A stretch of 64,000 bases of DNA from an uncultured Smithella sp. GTDB lineage: Bacteria > Desulfobacterota > Syntrophia > Syntrophales > Smithellaceae. The translations under genes were made by a program, and so were the position numbers. The DNA lies in assembly GCA_964394715.1 (NCBI GenBank), contig CAYMYR010000003.1:12457-76456 (forward strand), in the 5' to 3' direction. This document shows positions 1 through 7,871 of this stretch, piece after piece. How positions within the stretch are numbered: the first letter of the stretch is position 1; the number at the start of each line of letters is the position of its first letter. The notes under the pieces were generated by a model. The model did not search any database and had not been told where the DNA came from. It saw nothing but the letters and a program-made list of their open reading frames with translations.

Positions 1-179
1 AGTATCCCGAAAAATGGGGCGAAATTGCTTCTGTTTTTTCCAAAGACGCCATCCTCAAGGGCTCGTTTGACAAATATGCCGAATCCAATAAAGGCAAGCG
101 TGGCACCGCTGAAGTGGACAGCGCGTTTCTAGCGGAAATAGAAAGCTGGCGCGAGATGCTGGCTTTTGCTGAGGGTTAA
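1..179 (+). pseudogene. Truncated N-terminal part of a type IIG (Eco57I-like, fused REase-MTase) restriction-modification gene, running in from the left edge
   Basis: The frame from nt 3 reads YPEKWGEIASVFSKDAILKGSFDKYAESNKGKRGTAEVDSAFLAEIESWREMLA-FAEG-stop (TAA 177-179). I recognise this segment as the region preceding the MTase domain in type IIG enzymes. No MTase motifs follow. Confidence 0.6.
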
Positions 180-217
180 GAGATGGCTTTAGAAAACCAG
201 AAGGTGGTGTTAAATTA

Positions 218-571
218 ATGAAGAGACGAGACTTGGATCATCTCGCAGAACTTTTGCGGGAATTTGCTATTGAACGGGATTGGGAACAATTTCACTCACC
301 TAAGAATTTGGCAATGGCGCTTACTGTAGAAACCGCAGAATTGCTCGAGCATTTCCAGTGGATGACTGAGGTTGCAAGTGCAAAACCGTCTCCAGAAAAG
401 CTACAGCAAATCAGGGATGAGATTGGTGATGTGTTGATTTATCTGACGTGTTTTGCTGATAAGCTCGGAATTGACCCGCTTGATGCGGCATACAAGAAGT
501 TGGAAATAAATCGCCAGAAATATCCTGTTGAAAAAGCACGAGGTTCTGCAAAAAAATATACGGAGCTATAG
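218..571 (+). CDS. MazG-like nucleotide pyrophosphohydrolase (dCTP pyrophosphatase/RS21-C6 type)
   Basis: RDWEQFHSPKNLAMAL..E.AELLEHFQW and EIGDV motifs. Confidence 0.9.
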   Translation: MKRRDLDHLAELLREFAIERDWEQFHSPKNLAMALTVETAELLEHFQWMTEVASAKPSPEKLQQIRDEIGDVLIYLTCFADKLGIDPLDAAYKKLEINRQKYPVEKARGSAKKYTEL

Positions 572-645
572 AAAAACTTTGTAATTTAAAACATATGATA
601 GTGGTGACAAGGCTTCCATAGCCTACTTCAATCGGAGCTAATCTA

Positions 646-3087
646 GTGATTGTTTATTCCGCTACGAAAGCAAAATTTCAAGATGACGTCATGACAAATG
701 ACATCGGTAATATTATTTACGATAAATATAAGGCTGTTACAGGTAGGAAGACAGGGAAAGCAGAAATAAATTCTTGGATGAATTCTCTGCAATACATGGA
801 TCGCGTTTTAACGGACGATGATATCCCGAGTGACGCAGGTGTTGCGATCGAGTATCATATTCCGCAAACGTCAAACCGAATCGACTTTATATTAACGGGG
901 ACAGATGACCAAGATAGAGAATCAGCAATACTTATTGAGCTCAAACAGTGGCAACATGCAGCCTTAACGGCAAAAGATGCAATAGTTAGAACACGATTTC
1001 AACATGGAGAAATAGAAAGGCCACACCCCTCCTATCAAGCATGGTCATACAAATGTCTTCTGGAAGATTTCAACCAGACCGTGCAAGAAGACAAAATACA
1101 ACTTTATCCCTGCGCATATCTTCATAATTATGAGCAAGACAAGGTTATTGCCAACGATTTTTACAATGAATACATTCGCAAAGCCCCTCTTTTCCTTAAA
1201 GGCGATGCTCTTAAGCTGCGCGAGTTCATAAAAATTAACGTAAAATATGGCGACACAAAGCAAATCATGTACCGTATTGATCACGGCAAGATAAAACCAT
1301 CAAAAAATCTTGCTGATCAACTTTTGTCAATGCTTCAGGGTAATGAAGAGTTTATAATGATTGATGATCAGAAGGTCGTTTATGAAACGGCCATCAAATA
1401 TGCCAAGGAATCTTCTGCAAAAAAGAAAAAAGTGTTGATCGTTGAGGGTGGCCCAGGGACAGGAAAGTCAGTTATCGCAATTAACCTGCTTGTTAAACTA
1501 ACAAATCGCGAACTTGTTGTGCAATATGTTACGCGCAATTCGGCGCCACGTTTAGTATACGAGGCCATGCTCACCAACTCATTTAAAAAATCACGTATAT
1601 CAAATATGTTCAAAGGTTCGGGATCTTATTATTCAATAGCAGAGAACAGCTTTGATTGTTTGATCGTCGATGAAGCTCACAGACTCAACGCAAAAGGGGG
1701 TATATTTAATCATCTTGGTGAAAATCAGATTAAAGAGATAATCAACGCCAGTAAGTTCAGCGTATTTTTTATAGATGAAGACCAAAAAGTGACCCTCAAA
1801 GATATTGGTGATAAAGAAGAAATCAAACGTTGGGCAAAACAGTTGAAAGTAGGTGTTGCCGAACTCAAACTTGAGTCACAGTTTCGATGTAATGGTTCTA
1901 CAGGATACCTTTCCTGGCTTGATAATACACTACAGATTCGACAAACAGCAAACGAAATACTTAAATCTAATGAATATGATTTCCGTATTGTTGATAGTCC
2001 GGTAGAACTGCACAATATTATCCGTGAGAAGAACAAGGAAAAGAATAAAGCTCGATTGGTTGCGGGTTATTGCTGGAAATGGATAAGCAAGCGCAATCCC
2101 CACCTCAAGGATATTGTTATCGGTGATTACAAGGCAACTTGGAATCTCGACACCGACGGACAAGCTTGGATTATCAAGCCTGATTCAGTCAGTGAAGTCG
2201 GCTGTATACATACTTGTCAAGGATTAGAATTAGACTATGTTGGCGTAATTGTTGGCAATGATTTGATAGTGCGTAATGGGAAAATCATTACTCAACCCCA
2301 AGAACGAGCTAGTACGGATAAATCAATCCATGGTTGGAAATCTCTTTTTCGAGAAAAACCAGGCGCTACAATGAGGCGTCTCGATGCCATCATTAAGAAT
2401 ACTTACCGTACGCTTATGACCCGTGGACAAAAAGGTTGCTACGTCTATTTTACAGATAAAGAAACTCAACAACATTTTGAGAAATACATGGAGACTCCGT
2501 CTACCGGTTTCGAAATCACCATTGCTAAGTCTTTAACTGAAGAAACTCATTCATCTGTTATTCTACCTTTCAGGCGGTTGTCGCTCGAAGATGTTAGACC
2601 TTTTGAAAATTGTGTTCCTCTATATGATCTTAAGGTAGCGGCTGGAAAGTTTAGCGATGAACAACAGGTTACGGATATACATGGTGGATTGAGCGAACAA
2701 ACTATTCACGATAATGAGTGGGTTCAACTTCCCGATGTCTTTCGCCATCAGCGAGGTCTTTTTGTAGCGCAAGTTGTTGGTGAGTCGATGAATCGCCGCA
2801 TACCGAACGGCTCATGGTGTCTCTTTAGGCTAAATCCCGCAGGTACTCGGCAAGGCAAGATCGTCCTTGCACAACATAGAGATATTAATGATGTTGACAA
2901 TGGGGGACAATTCACCGTTAAAAAATACGAAAGTAAAAAAAGACATCTATCAGATGGAACGTGGCGGCACACTTCTATTATTCTATTACCCGAGACCACC
3001 TTACCAGGATATGAACCACTAACATTTACAGAGGAACAATCATGTGATGTGAAGGTAATTGCAGAACTAGTGGCTGTGCTTGGTTGA
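646..3087 (+). CDS. DUF2075 (Schlafen group 3-like) nuclease-helicase with C-terminal S24/LexA-type peptidase domain
   Basis: PD-(D/E)xK-like motif (AIEY..RIDF..IELKQW), Walker A GGPGTGKS, Walker B IVDEAH, motif VI TYRTLMTRG. C-terminus has KVAAG cleavage-site-like motif, VVGESMN (Ser) and TVKKY (Lys). Confidence 0.85.
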   Translation: MIVYSATKAKFQDDVMTNDIGNIIYDKYKAVTGRKTGKAEINSWMNSLQYMDRVLTDDDIPSDAGVAIEYHIPQTSNRIDFILTGTDDQDRESAILIELKQWQHAALTAKDAIVRTRFQHGEIERPHPSYQAWSYKCLLEDFNQTVQEDKIQLYPCAYLHNYEQDKVIANDFYNEYIRKAPLFLKGDALKLREFIKINVKYGDTKQIMYRIDHGKIKPSKNLADQLLSMLQGNEEFIMIDDQKVVYETAIKYAKESSAKKKKVLIVEGGPGTGKSVIAINLLVKLTNRELVVQYVTRNSAPRLVYEAMLTNSFKKSRISNMFKGSGSYYSIAENSFDCLIVDEAHRLNAKGGIFNHLGENQIKEIINASKFSVFFIDEDQKVTLKDIGDKEEIKRWAKQLKVGVAELKLESQFRCNGSTGYLSWLDNTLQIRQTANEILKSNEYDFRIVDSPVELHNIIREKNKEKNKARLVAGYCWKWISKRNPHLKDIVIGDYKATWNLDTDGQAWIIKPDSVSEVGCIHTCQGLELDYVGVIVGNDLIVRNGKIITQPQERASTDKSIHGWKSLFREKPGATMRRLDAIIKNTYRTLMTRGQKGCYVYFTDKETQQHFEKYMETPSTGFEITIAKSLTEETHSSVILPFRRLSLEDVRPFENCVPLYDLKVAAGKFSDEQQVTDIHGGLSEQTIHDNEWVQLPDVFRHQRGLFVAQVVGESMNRRIPNGSWCLFRLNPAGTRQGKIVLAQHRDINDVDNGGQFTVKKYESKKRHLSDGTWRHTSIILLPETTLPGYEPLTFTEEQSCDVKVIAELVAVLG

Positions 3088-3132
3088 TTTAGGATGTAGA
3101 TACTGCCTACGGCAACCAATCTATGTGACGGC

Positions 3133-3207
3133 AAACAGATCGACAAACTGGTTTATGAACTCTATGGCCTGACCGAAGACGAAATTAAAATCGTTGAAGG
3201 CACATAA
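3133..3207 (+). pseudogene. Orphan 3' tail of a type IIG RM gene, copy 1
   Basis: KQIDKLVYELYGLTEDEIKIVEGT-stop, the typical C-terminus of Eco57I/TaqI-like enzymes. In-frame stop at 3097 upstream and no start codon. Confidence 0.7.
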
Positions 3208-3210
3208 AAT

Positions 3211-3278
3211 GTAGGGGCTGTTCGCCGAACAGCCCGATTAAGCCGCAAATAACGGCGTGTTCGGCGAACACGCCCTAC
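3211..3278. repeat. Inverted pair of GTAG-type REP elements (REPIN-like), copy 1
   Basis: GTAG-GGGCTGTTCG-C-CGAACAGCCC (3211-3235) and, inverted, GGCGTGTTCG-G-CGAACACGCC-CTAC (3254-3278). Confidence 0.8.
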
Positions 3279-3418
3279 AAAACGTAACTCCCGGAAGAAA
3301 TCACCAACGTGGAAAAACGAGGTAATTGCAATATTTTTCTTTTCCCAAAATAGAACATATGCTATTCGTTCCATAAATCTCACAATCAATTAATCACCCA
3401 TATCCAACAGGATAGAAG

Positions 3419-3928
3419 ATGAAAAGGTTTTTTTCATTCTTGATATGTATCTTTCTGGTTACCGCGTGTAGCCCTGCCACAAAGGAAAAGGAAATTTCGG
3501 GTTTGACCGTTGATAGACTTATTTTGGAAAAATCCAAAAGACAACTCCATATGCTTTCGAACGGGAAAATTGTAAAAACCTATAAGGTATCTTTGGGGAG
3601 AAATCCTATAGGACACAAAACCCGGGAGGGTGATGGAAAAACGCCGGAGGGCGCTTATTTAATTGACAGAAGATATGCAAGAAGCGCCTATCACCGTTCC
3701 TTGCATATCTCTTACCCTTCGGCTGACGATATAAAGAAGGCTCAAATGGCTGGTGTGTCTCCGGGTGGTGATATTATGATTCACGGCCTTCCAAACGGTT
3801 TTGGTTTTCTTGCCCCATTCCATCATCTGAAGGACTGGACACAAGGCTGCATTGCCGTGGCCAACAAAGAAATTGAAGAAATATGGAACAACGTTTCTGG
3901 TGGAACGGTTATTGTCATTAAACCATAA
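3419..3928 (+). CDS. L,D-transpeptidase family (YkuD/YafK-like) lipoprotein
   Basis: Lipobox-like FLVTAC, KTREGDGKTPEG, IMIHGLPNG...WTQGCIAV catalytic His/Cys. Confidence 0.9.
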   Translation: MKRFFSFLICIFLVTACSPATKEKEISGLTVDRLILEKSKRQLHMLSNGKIVKTYKVSLGRNPIGHKTREGDGKTPEGAYLIDRRYARSAYHRSLHISYPSADDIKKAQMAGVSPGGDIMIHGLPNGFGFLAPFHHLKDWTQGCIAVANKEIEEIWNNVSGGTVIVIKP

Positions 3929-3952
3929 TAATATTGGACGGAGATTAATCTT

Positions 3953-4693
3953 ATGTTCGGACATGAGGTGCAAATCGAGGTACAAGGAAGAACTTATTGT
4001 ATTTACAAATGGCCCAATATTCCAACCTATTTATGTATCGAACATGAAGTATACCCAGACCATGTTTTACCGTCCTGCCGTAACGATTCGATAAACATGA
4101 TGAGGTTGAGATCTGTTTTGGACAACACATACCAAAATCATTTAAACCGCATGTCCAACGATCAAGTTATTAAAGCTGTCAAACATATGCTGAGCACCGG
4201 CAGAGCAGTTCTTGCTGGAAAACGCAATCTACAGTTTGTTCAGTCACTGCGCTTCGATGGAAAAAAACTATGTTGGATCGATTATTGCGGATCGGAAAGA
4301 AAATGTTGGCCCGCTGTGTCCGGACGTTCGGGATATCAGACCAAAGAGCACCAAGGAAAGGCTGATGATGGGCCTTTACCGGAAGGACGCTGGCTTGTTA
4401 GGCAGTCAGGTTATCAGAAAATATCCCTTGCAGATGCTGTTGTCGGAATGACGAGTGTGATAGGATTTAAACGAGGAAAATGGCCGGGAAGTGTAATAGC
4501 GTGGGGCGCTCATCGTGTCTGGCTTAATCCATGCGCTGGAACCAATACTTTTAACAGGAAAGGTTTTTCCATACACGGAGGGTGGGCAGCAGGATCAGCA
4601 GGTTGCATTGATATGACTTCATCCATTTCGGAATTTGTTTCTTATTTTTTAGAATACGGAAAAGACATGGAGTTGATTGTTGAATACAAATAA
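3953..4693 (+). CDS. Tlde1/DUF2778-domain protein (L,D-transpeptidase-fold effector-like) with an unknown N-terminal ~90 aa
   Basis: AVSG...GPLPEGRW...GFSIHGG...GSAGCID motifs. Confidence 0.75.
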   Translation: MFGHEVQIEVQGRTYCIYKWPNIPTYLCIEHEVYPDHVLPSCRNDSINMMRLRSVLDNTYQNHLNRMSNDQVIKAVKHMLSTGRAVLAGKRNLQFVQSLRFDGKKLCWIDYCGSERKCWPAVSGRSGYQTKEHQGKADDGPLPEGRWLVRQSGYQKISLADAVVGMTSVIGFKRGKWPGSVIAWGAHRVWLNPCAGTNTFNRKGFSIHGGWAAGSAGCIDMTSSISEFVSYFLEYGKDMELIVEYK

Positions 4694-5018
4694 ATCAAAG
4701 ATCATATTTAGATATATAAATATTGTTATTGCAGTACTCACGGGCATTCTGGCTGTTATTTTAGCCTGGGATTTAATCGATTTTATGAAAAATCCAGAAG
4801 GGTATTATCGACTTTTCGGTAAAGGAACCAGCCTTGGTTGTAATTATCAATCTGCCAAAAACTATATGATTTTTGCTGCCACGGGAACAATTTCAATGCT
4901 TGTTGCTTTTACCATTGGCTTCTTCTTTAAAGATAACCGATGGGCAATTTGTGCCAGACTCTGTTGTGCGGCGTTTGTTTATGTTATTGAATATATACTT
5001 TCTATTCAATTATGTTAG
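4677..5018 (+). CDS. Small membrane protein (about 3 TM), candidate immunity protein
   Basis: Overlaps the end of the Tlde1-like gene by 17 nt and has three hydrophobic stretches. Confidence 0.55.
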   Translation: MLNTNKSKIIFRYINIVIAVLTGILAVILAWDLIDFMKNPEGYYRLFGKGTSLGCNYQSAKNYMIFAATGTISMLVAFTIGFFFKDNRWAICARLCCAAFVYVIEYILSIQLC

Positions 5019-5035
5019 TTTTTAACAAAGCCAAC

Positions 5036-5110
5036 CGGCAGATCAACAAACTGGTTTACGAACTCTACGGTCTGACCGAAGACGAAATTAAAATCGTTGA
5101 AAGCACATAA
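5036..5110 (+). pseudogene. Orphan 3' tail of a type IIG RM gene, copy 2
   Basis: RQINKLVYELYGLTEDEIKIVEST-stop. 5039-5110 matches 3136-3207 at 67 of 72 nt. Confidence 0.7.
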
Positions 5111-5113
5111 AAC

Positions 5114-5200
5114 GCAGGGGCTGTCCAGTGACGTTTAGGTTATTCTCGAACAGCCCGATTAATCCGCAAAATAACAGCGTGTTCGGGGAACACGCCCTAC
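5114..5200. repeat. REP pair copy 2, with a disrupted first REP
   Basis: GCAGGGGCTGT-[22 nt]-CGAACAGCCC...GCGTGTTCGGGGAACACGCCCTAC, homologous to 3211-3278. Confidence 0.75.
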
Positions 5201-5228
5201 ACGACACATCAAATTATCTCAAATTATC

Positions 5229-5257
5229 TTGACACACTTTCGGTGTTTCTATAAAGT
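5229..5257 (+). promoter_or_regulatory. Sigma70-like promoter of the liv-type operon
   Basis: TTGACA-17 nt-TAAAGT. Confidence 0.55.
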
Positions 5258-5330
5258 AGCTTTCAGTTAACGCAAAAGTGGAAGCAGATGTAGAACCCCT
5301 CTGGTGCATCAGTAGTAGCGTGGTGATCCT

Positions 5331-6401
5331 ATGGACATGAAGCGCGATTACTTTGAAGACATCGAGCTTTTCAAAAGTGGAACGGTTCTTGTGTGGACCC
5401 TCATCTTTCTTCTGTTTCTTTTTACCCTGCCCCTGTATCTGCCTTCTTATAATATTTACCTGATTAACATCATTATGGTTAACGTCATTCTGGCGGTTGG
5501 CCTGAATATCCTTGTGGGCTATACCGGCCAGATTTCTCTGGGGCATGCCGGGTTTTTTGCCGTGGGCGCGTATGGCACTTCTCTGATTATGACGCACCTG
5601 CATTTTCCCTTCCTCGCCGCTATTGTCATTGCTGCGCTGATCGCGGCTTTCCTGGGCTTTATCATCGGCCTGCCTGCGCTTCGCCTTGAAGGGCCATATC
5701 TCGCCATCGCTACTCTGGGCTTCGGCCTCACCATCATGCATATTATCGGCCGCTGGGAAATCTTTGGAGGCAGAATGGGAATCACCGCGCCGCCTCTGGA
5801 TCTGGGGCTTCCTGATTCCTCCTTTAGTTTTGTCATCAAGGGGGATGTCCAGATCTATTATCTCATTTTGATTATTACGATATTGCTCGTTATCGGGGCG
5901 CGCAATCTTATGAAAACACGCGTGGGAAGAGCGTTCATGTCCATTCGCGACGACGATATTGCCGCCGAAGTCATGGGCGTGAATCTGACCATCTATAAAA
6001 CCATGTCTTTTGCCGTGAGTGCTTTTTATGCAGGAATTGCCGGCGGTCTTTACGGTTTTGTTGTCAGTTTCTTCGATCCCTTTTCCTTCAATCTGATTCT
6101 TTCCATCATCTTTCTGGTGATGGTGGTTGTCGGTGGCCTGGGGTCTGTTCTTGGTGCGATTATGGGGGCTATTCTCATCACCTACCTGCAGTATGACCTT
6201 TTAAAAAACGTGGAAAACCTGCCATACCTGGGAGGACTGCTGGTAGCCATCTCCAAGAAGTGGTTTACGGTCATCGGACTGGCGAACTTTGCCGGCATTG
6301 CCCTGGGACTCATCATGATTGCCATTGTTATTTTTGAACCGCTCGGAATGTTCGGTATCTGGATCCGGATTAAGAAGTATTGGAAGACCTGGCCGTTTTA
6401 G
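5331..6401 (+). CDS. livM: Branched-chain amino acid (HAAT) ABC transporter permease
   Basis: GYTGQISLGHAGFFAVGAY, LRLEGPYLAIATLGF, GRAFMSIRDD. Confidence 0.92.
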   Translation: MDMKRDYFEDIELFKSGTVLVWTLIFLLFLFTLPLYLPSYNIYLINIIMVNVILAVGLNILVGYTGQISLGHAGFFAVGAYGTSLIMTHLHFPFLAAIVIAALIAAFLGFIIGLPALRLEGPYLAIATLGFGLTIMHIIGRWEIFGGRMGITAPPLDLGLPDSSFSFVIKGDVQIYYLILIITILLVIGARNLMKTRVGRAFMSIRDDDIAAEVMGVNLTIYKTMSFAVSAFYAGIAGGLYGFVVSFFDPFSFNLILSIIFLVMVVVGGLGSVLGAIMGAILITYLQYDLLKNVENLPYLGGLLVAISKKWFTVIGLANFAGIALGLIMIAIVIFEPLGMFGIWIRIKKYWKTWPF

Positions 6402-6423
6402 GGCCAAAAGGGAGTTGTTTTAC

Positions 6424-7296
6424 ATGTTTGAAATGCTGCTGATTGAGGGTCTGGCCATCGGTGCCTGTTACGGCCTTTTCGGCGTCGCCGTTGCCATTAT
6501 CTACAAAACGTCGGATGTGGTAAACTTTGCCCAGGGTGAGATGGGCATGATGTCTACCTTTGTCGCCTACCAGATCATGACCGTTTACGGGTGGCCTTTC
6601 TACATTGCTTTCCCTGCAACGCTCATCTTTGCCATTTTGCTCGGTATGGCCATCGAATTCTGCTTTTTACGCCCGGCCAAGGAACCGACGGTTTTGGGGC
6701 TGCTCATTTTAACGCTGGGTGCGGAAATGCTGCTCATGGGACTGGCCGGATGGAAATGGGGCGCGGAGCAAAAAGATTTTCCGTTTCTGCTTTCCGTCCA
6801 CAAAACCGTTGAAATTTTTCCCGGCTTTGCACTGAACGAATGGACAATCGGGGTCTTTGTGCTGACTACCGTTGTCATGGTTCTGCTTTTCCTGTTTTTC
6901 CGCTATTCCAAACTGGGGATCGCCATGAGGGCAACCCAGCAGAATGAAAATGCCGCCAAAATCATGGGGATCAAGGTTGAAAGAGTTTTTTCTATTACGT
7001 GGGGAATGAGTTCGTTAATTGGCGCGCTGGCGGCCATGTTTTTCGCAGCCCGTTCCGTGCTGGATCCTAATTTCATGATGGAACCTTTTATGCGCGCCTT
7101 CGCAGCAGCCGTTTTGGGAGGGCTTACCAGTATTCCGGGCGTGGTCATCGGCGGATTAATAATGGGCATAGTTGAGAACTTCTTTGGCTATGCATGGCCG
7201 GAATGGAAACCGATTGTGGCCTTTGTTGTCATTATTCTGATTATTACCGTCAGGCCAAGCGGATTGTTCAGCAAACATTACGTAAAAAAAGTTTAG
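6424..7296 (+). CDS. livH: HAAT ABC transporter permease
   Basis: VVNFAQGE, GIAMRATQQN, AFAAAVLGGL. Start taken at ATG 6424 behind a GGGAG site. Confidence 0.92.
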   Translation: MFEMLLIEGLAIGACYGLFGVAVAIIYKTSDVVNFAQGEMGMMSTFVAYQIMTVYGWPFYIAFPATLIFAILLGMAIEFCFLRPAKEPTVLGLLILTLGAEMLLMGLAGWKWGAEQKDFPFLLSVHKTVEIFPGFALNEWTIGVFVLTTVVMVLLFLFFRYSKLGIAMRATQQNENAAKIMGIKVERVFSITWGMSSLIGALAAMFFAARSVLDPNFMMEPFMRAFAAAVLGGLTSIPGVVIGGLIMGIVENFFGYAWPEWKPIVAFVVIILIITVRPSGLFSKHYVKKV

Positions 7297-7354
7297 GATT
7301 GATTATCGCTGCACGTATCCGGCCAGCGGGTCTGATTCAATACGGAGTCTTTTC

Positions 7355-7807
7355 ATGAGCGGGAAGAAAATCATCATAGCCTTTTTTATCGCCGTCGTGA
7401 CATTGATAGCGGGTATGCTGGCCTGGGATGTTCCCCGCAATAAACTGGAAATGATGTTGGAGAAAAGCGCAGTCGAACAGGCCGCCGGCAATTATTTGAA
7501 GGCCGAAAAGGAAGGAAATCTGGAGAAGGTTTATGCTCTTCTGGCTCCATCTTCCACTTACAGGAAAACGCATTCCTACGATCAGTTTCTGCAGGATATG
7601 GCCAGCCAGCCTCCCGTAAAAGTCAACACCTACCGGATTGTGAATATTTGCCGACTCCGGGACAACGACATGAGGAAAGACTATCCCGACGTGGACAAGT
7701 TCGTCCAGGTCGAGGTGGACGTGACGTTTGAGCACTCGGGGGAAAATAGTGTTTTTAATTACAGTTTCACTTTTCTGAAAGAAAAGGGGAGCTGGTACAA
7801 GGGATAG
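7355..7807 (+). CDS. Hypothetical membrane-anchored extracytoplasmic protein, possibly NTF2-like fold
   Basis: N-terminal TM helix, ends F.KEKGSWYKG, sits inside the transporter operon. Confidence 0.65.
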   Translation: MSGKKIIIAFFIAVVTLIAGMLAWDVPRNKLEMMLEKSAVEQAAGNYLKAEKEGNLEKVYALLAPSSTYRKTHSYDQFLQDMASQPPVKVNTYRIVNICRLRDNDMRKDYPDVDKFVQVEVDVTFEHSGENSVFNYSFTFLKEKGSWYKG

Positions 7808-7871
7808 CATGAAAAAGATCATTGGGGAAGGTCACAGTCAATCATTTACCGTGTGAACAAAAGGAGGGGTT

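Noticed and set aside
3162-3389. Minus-strand 75-aa ORF whose RIAYVLF...IAITSFFH segment faintly recalls a RelE/ParE toxin C-terminus
   Set aside because: Half of it is the antisense of the REP pair and RM tail, there is no antitoxin, and the similarity is too weak to support.
4993-5020. TTATGTTAGTT resembles the XerD arm of a dif site next to repeat copy 2
   Set aside because: There is no matching XerC arm, it overlaps a coding end, and it is absent at repeat copy 1.
5127-5144. GTGACGTTTAGGTTAT matches the reverse complement of 54085-54100 at 15 of 16 nt
   Set aside because: Matches of this length with one mismatch are expected by chance in 64 kb on two strands.
3088-5200. Possible integron attC sites between cargo genes
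   Set aside because: I found no paired RYYYAAC/GTTRRRY boxes at the gene ends and no integrase in the window.
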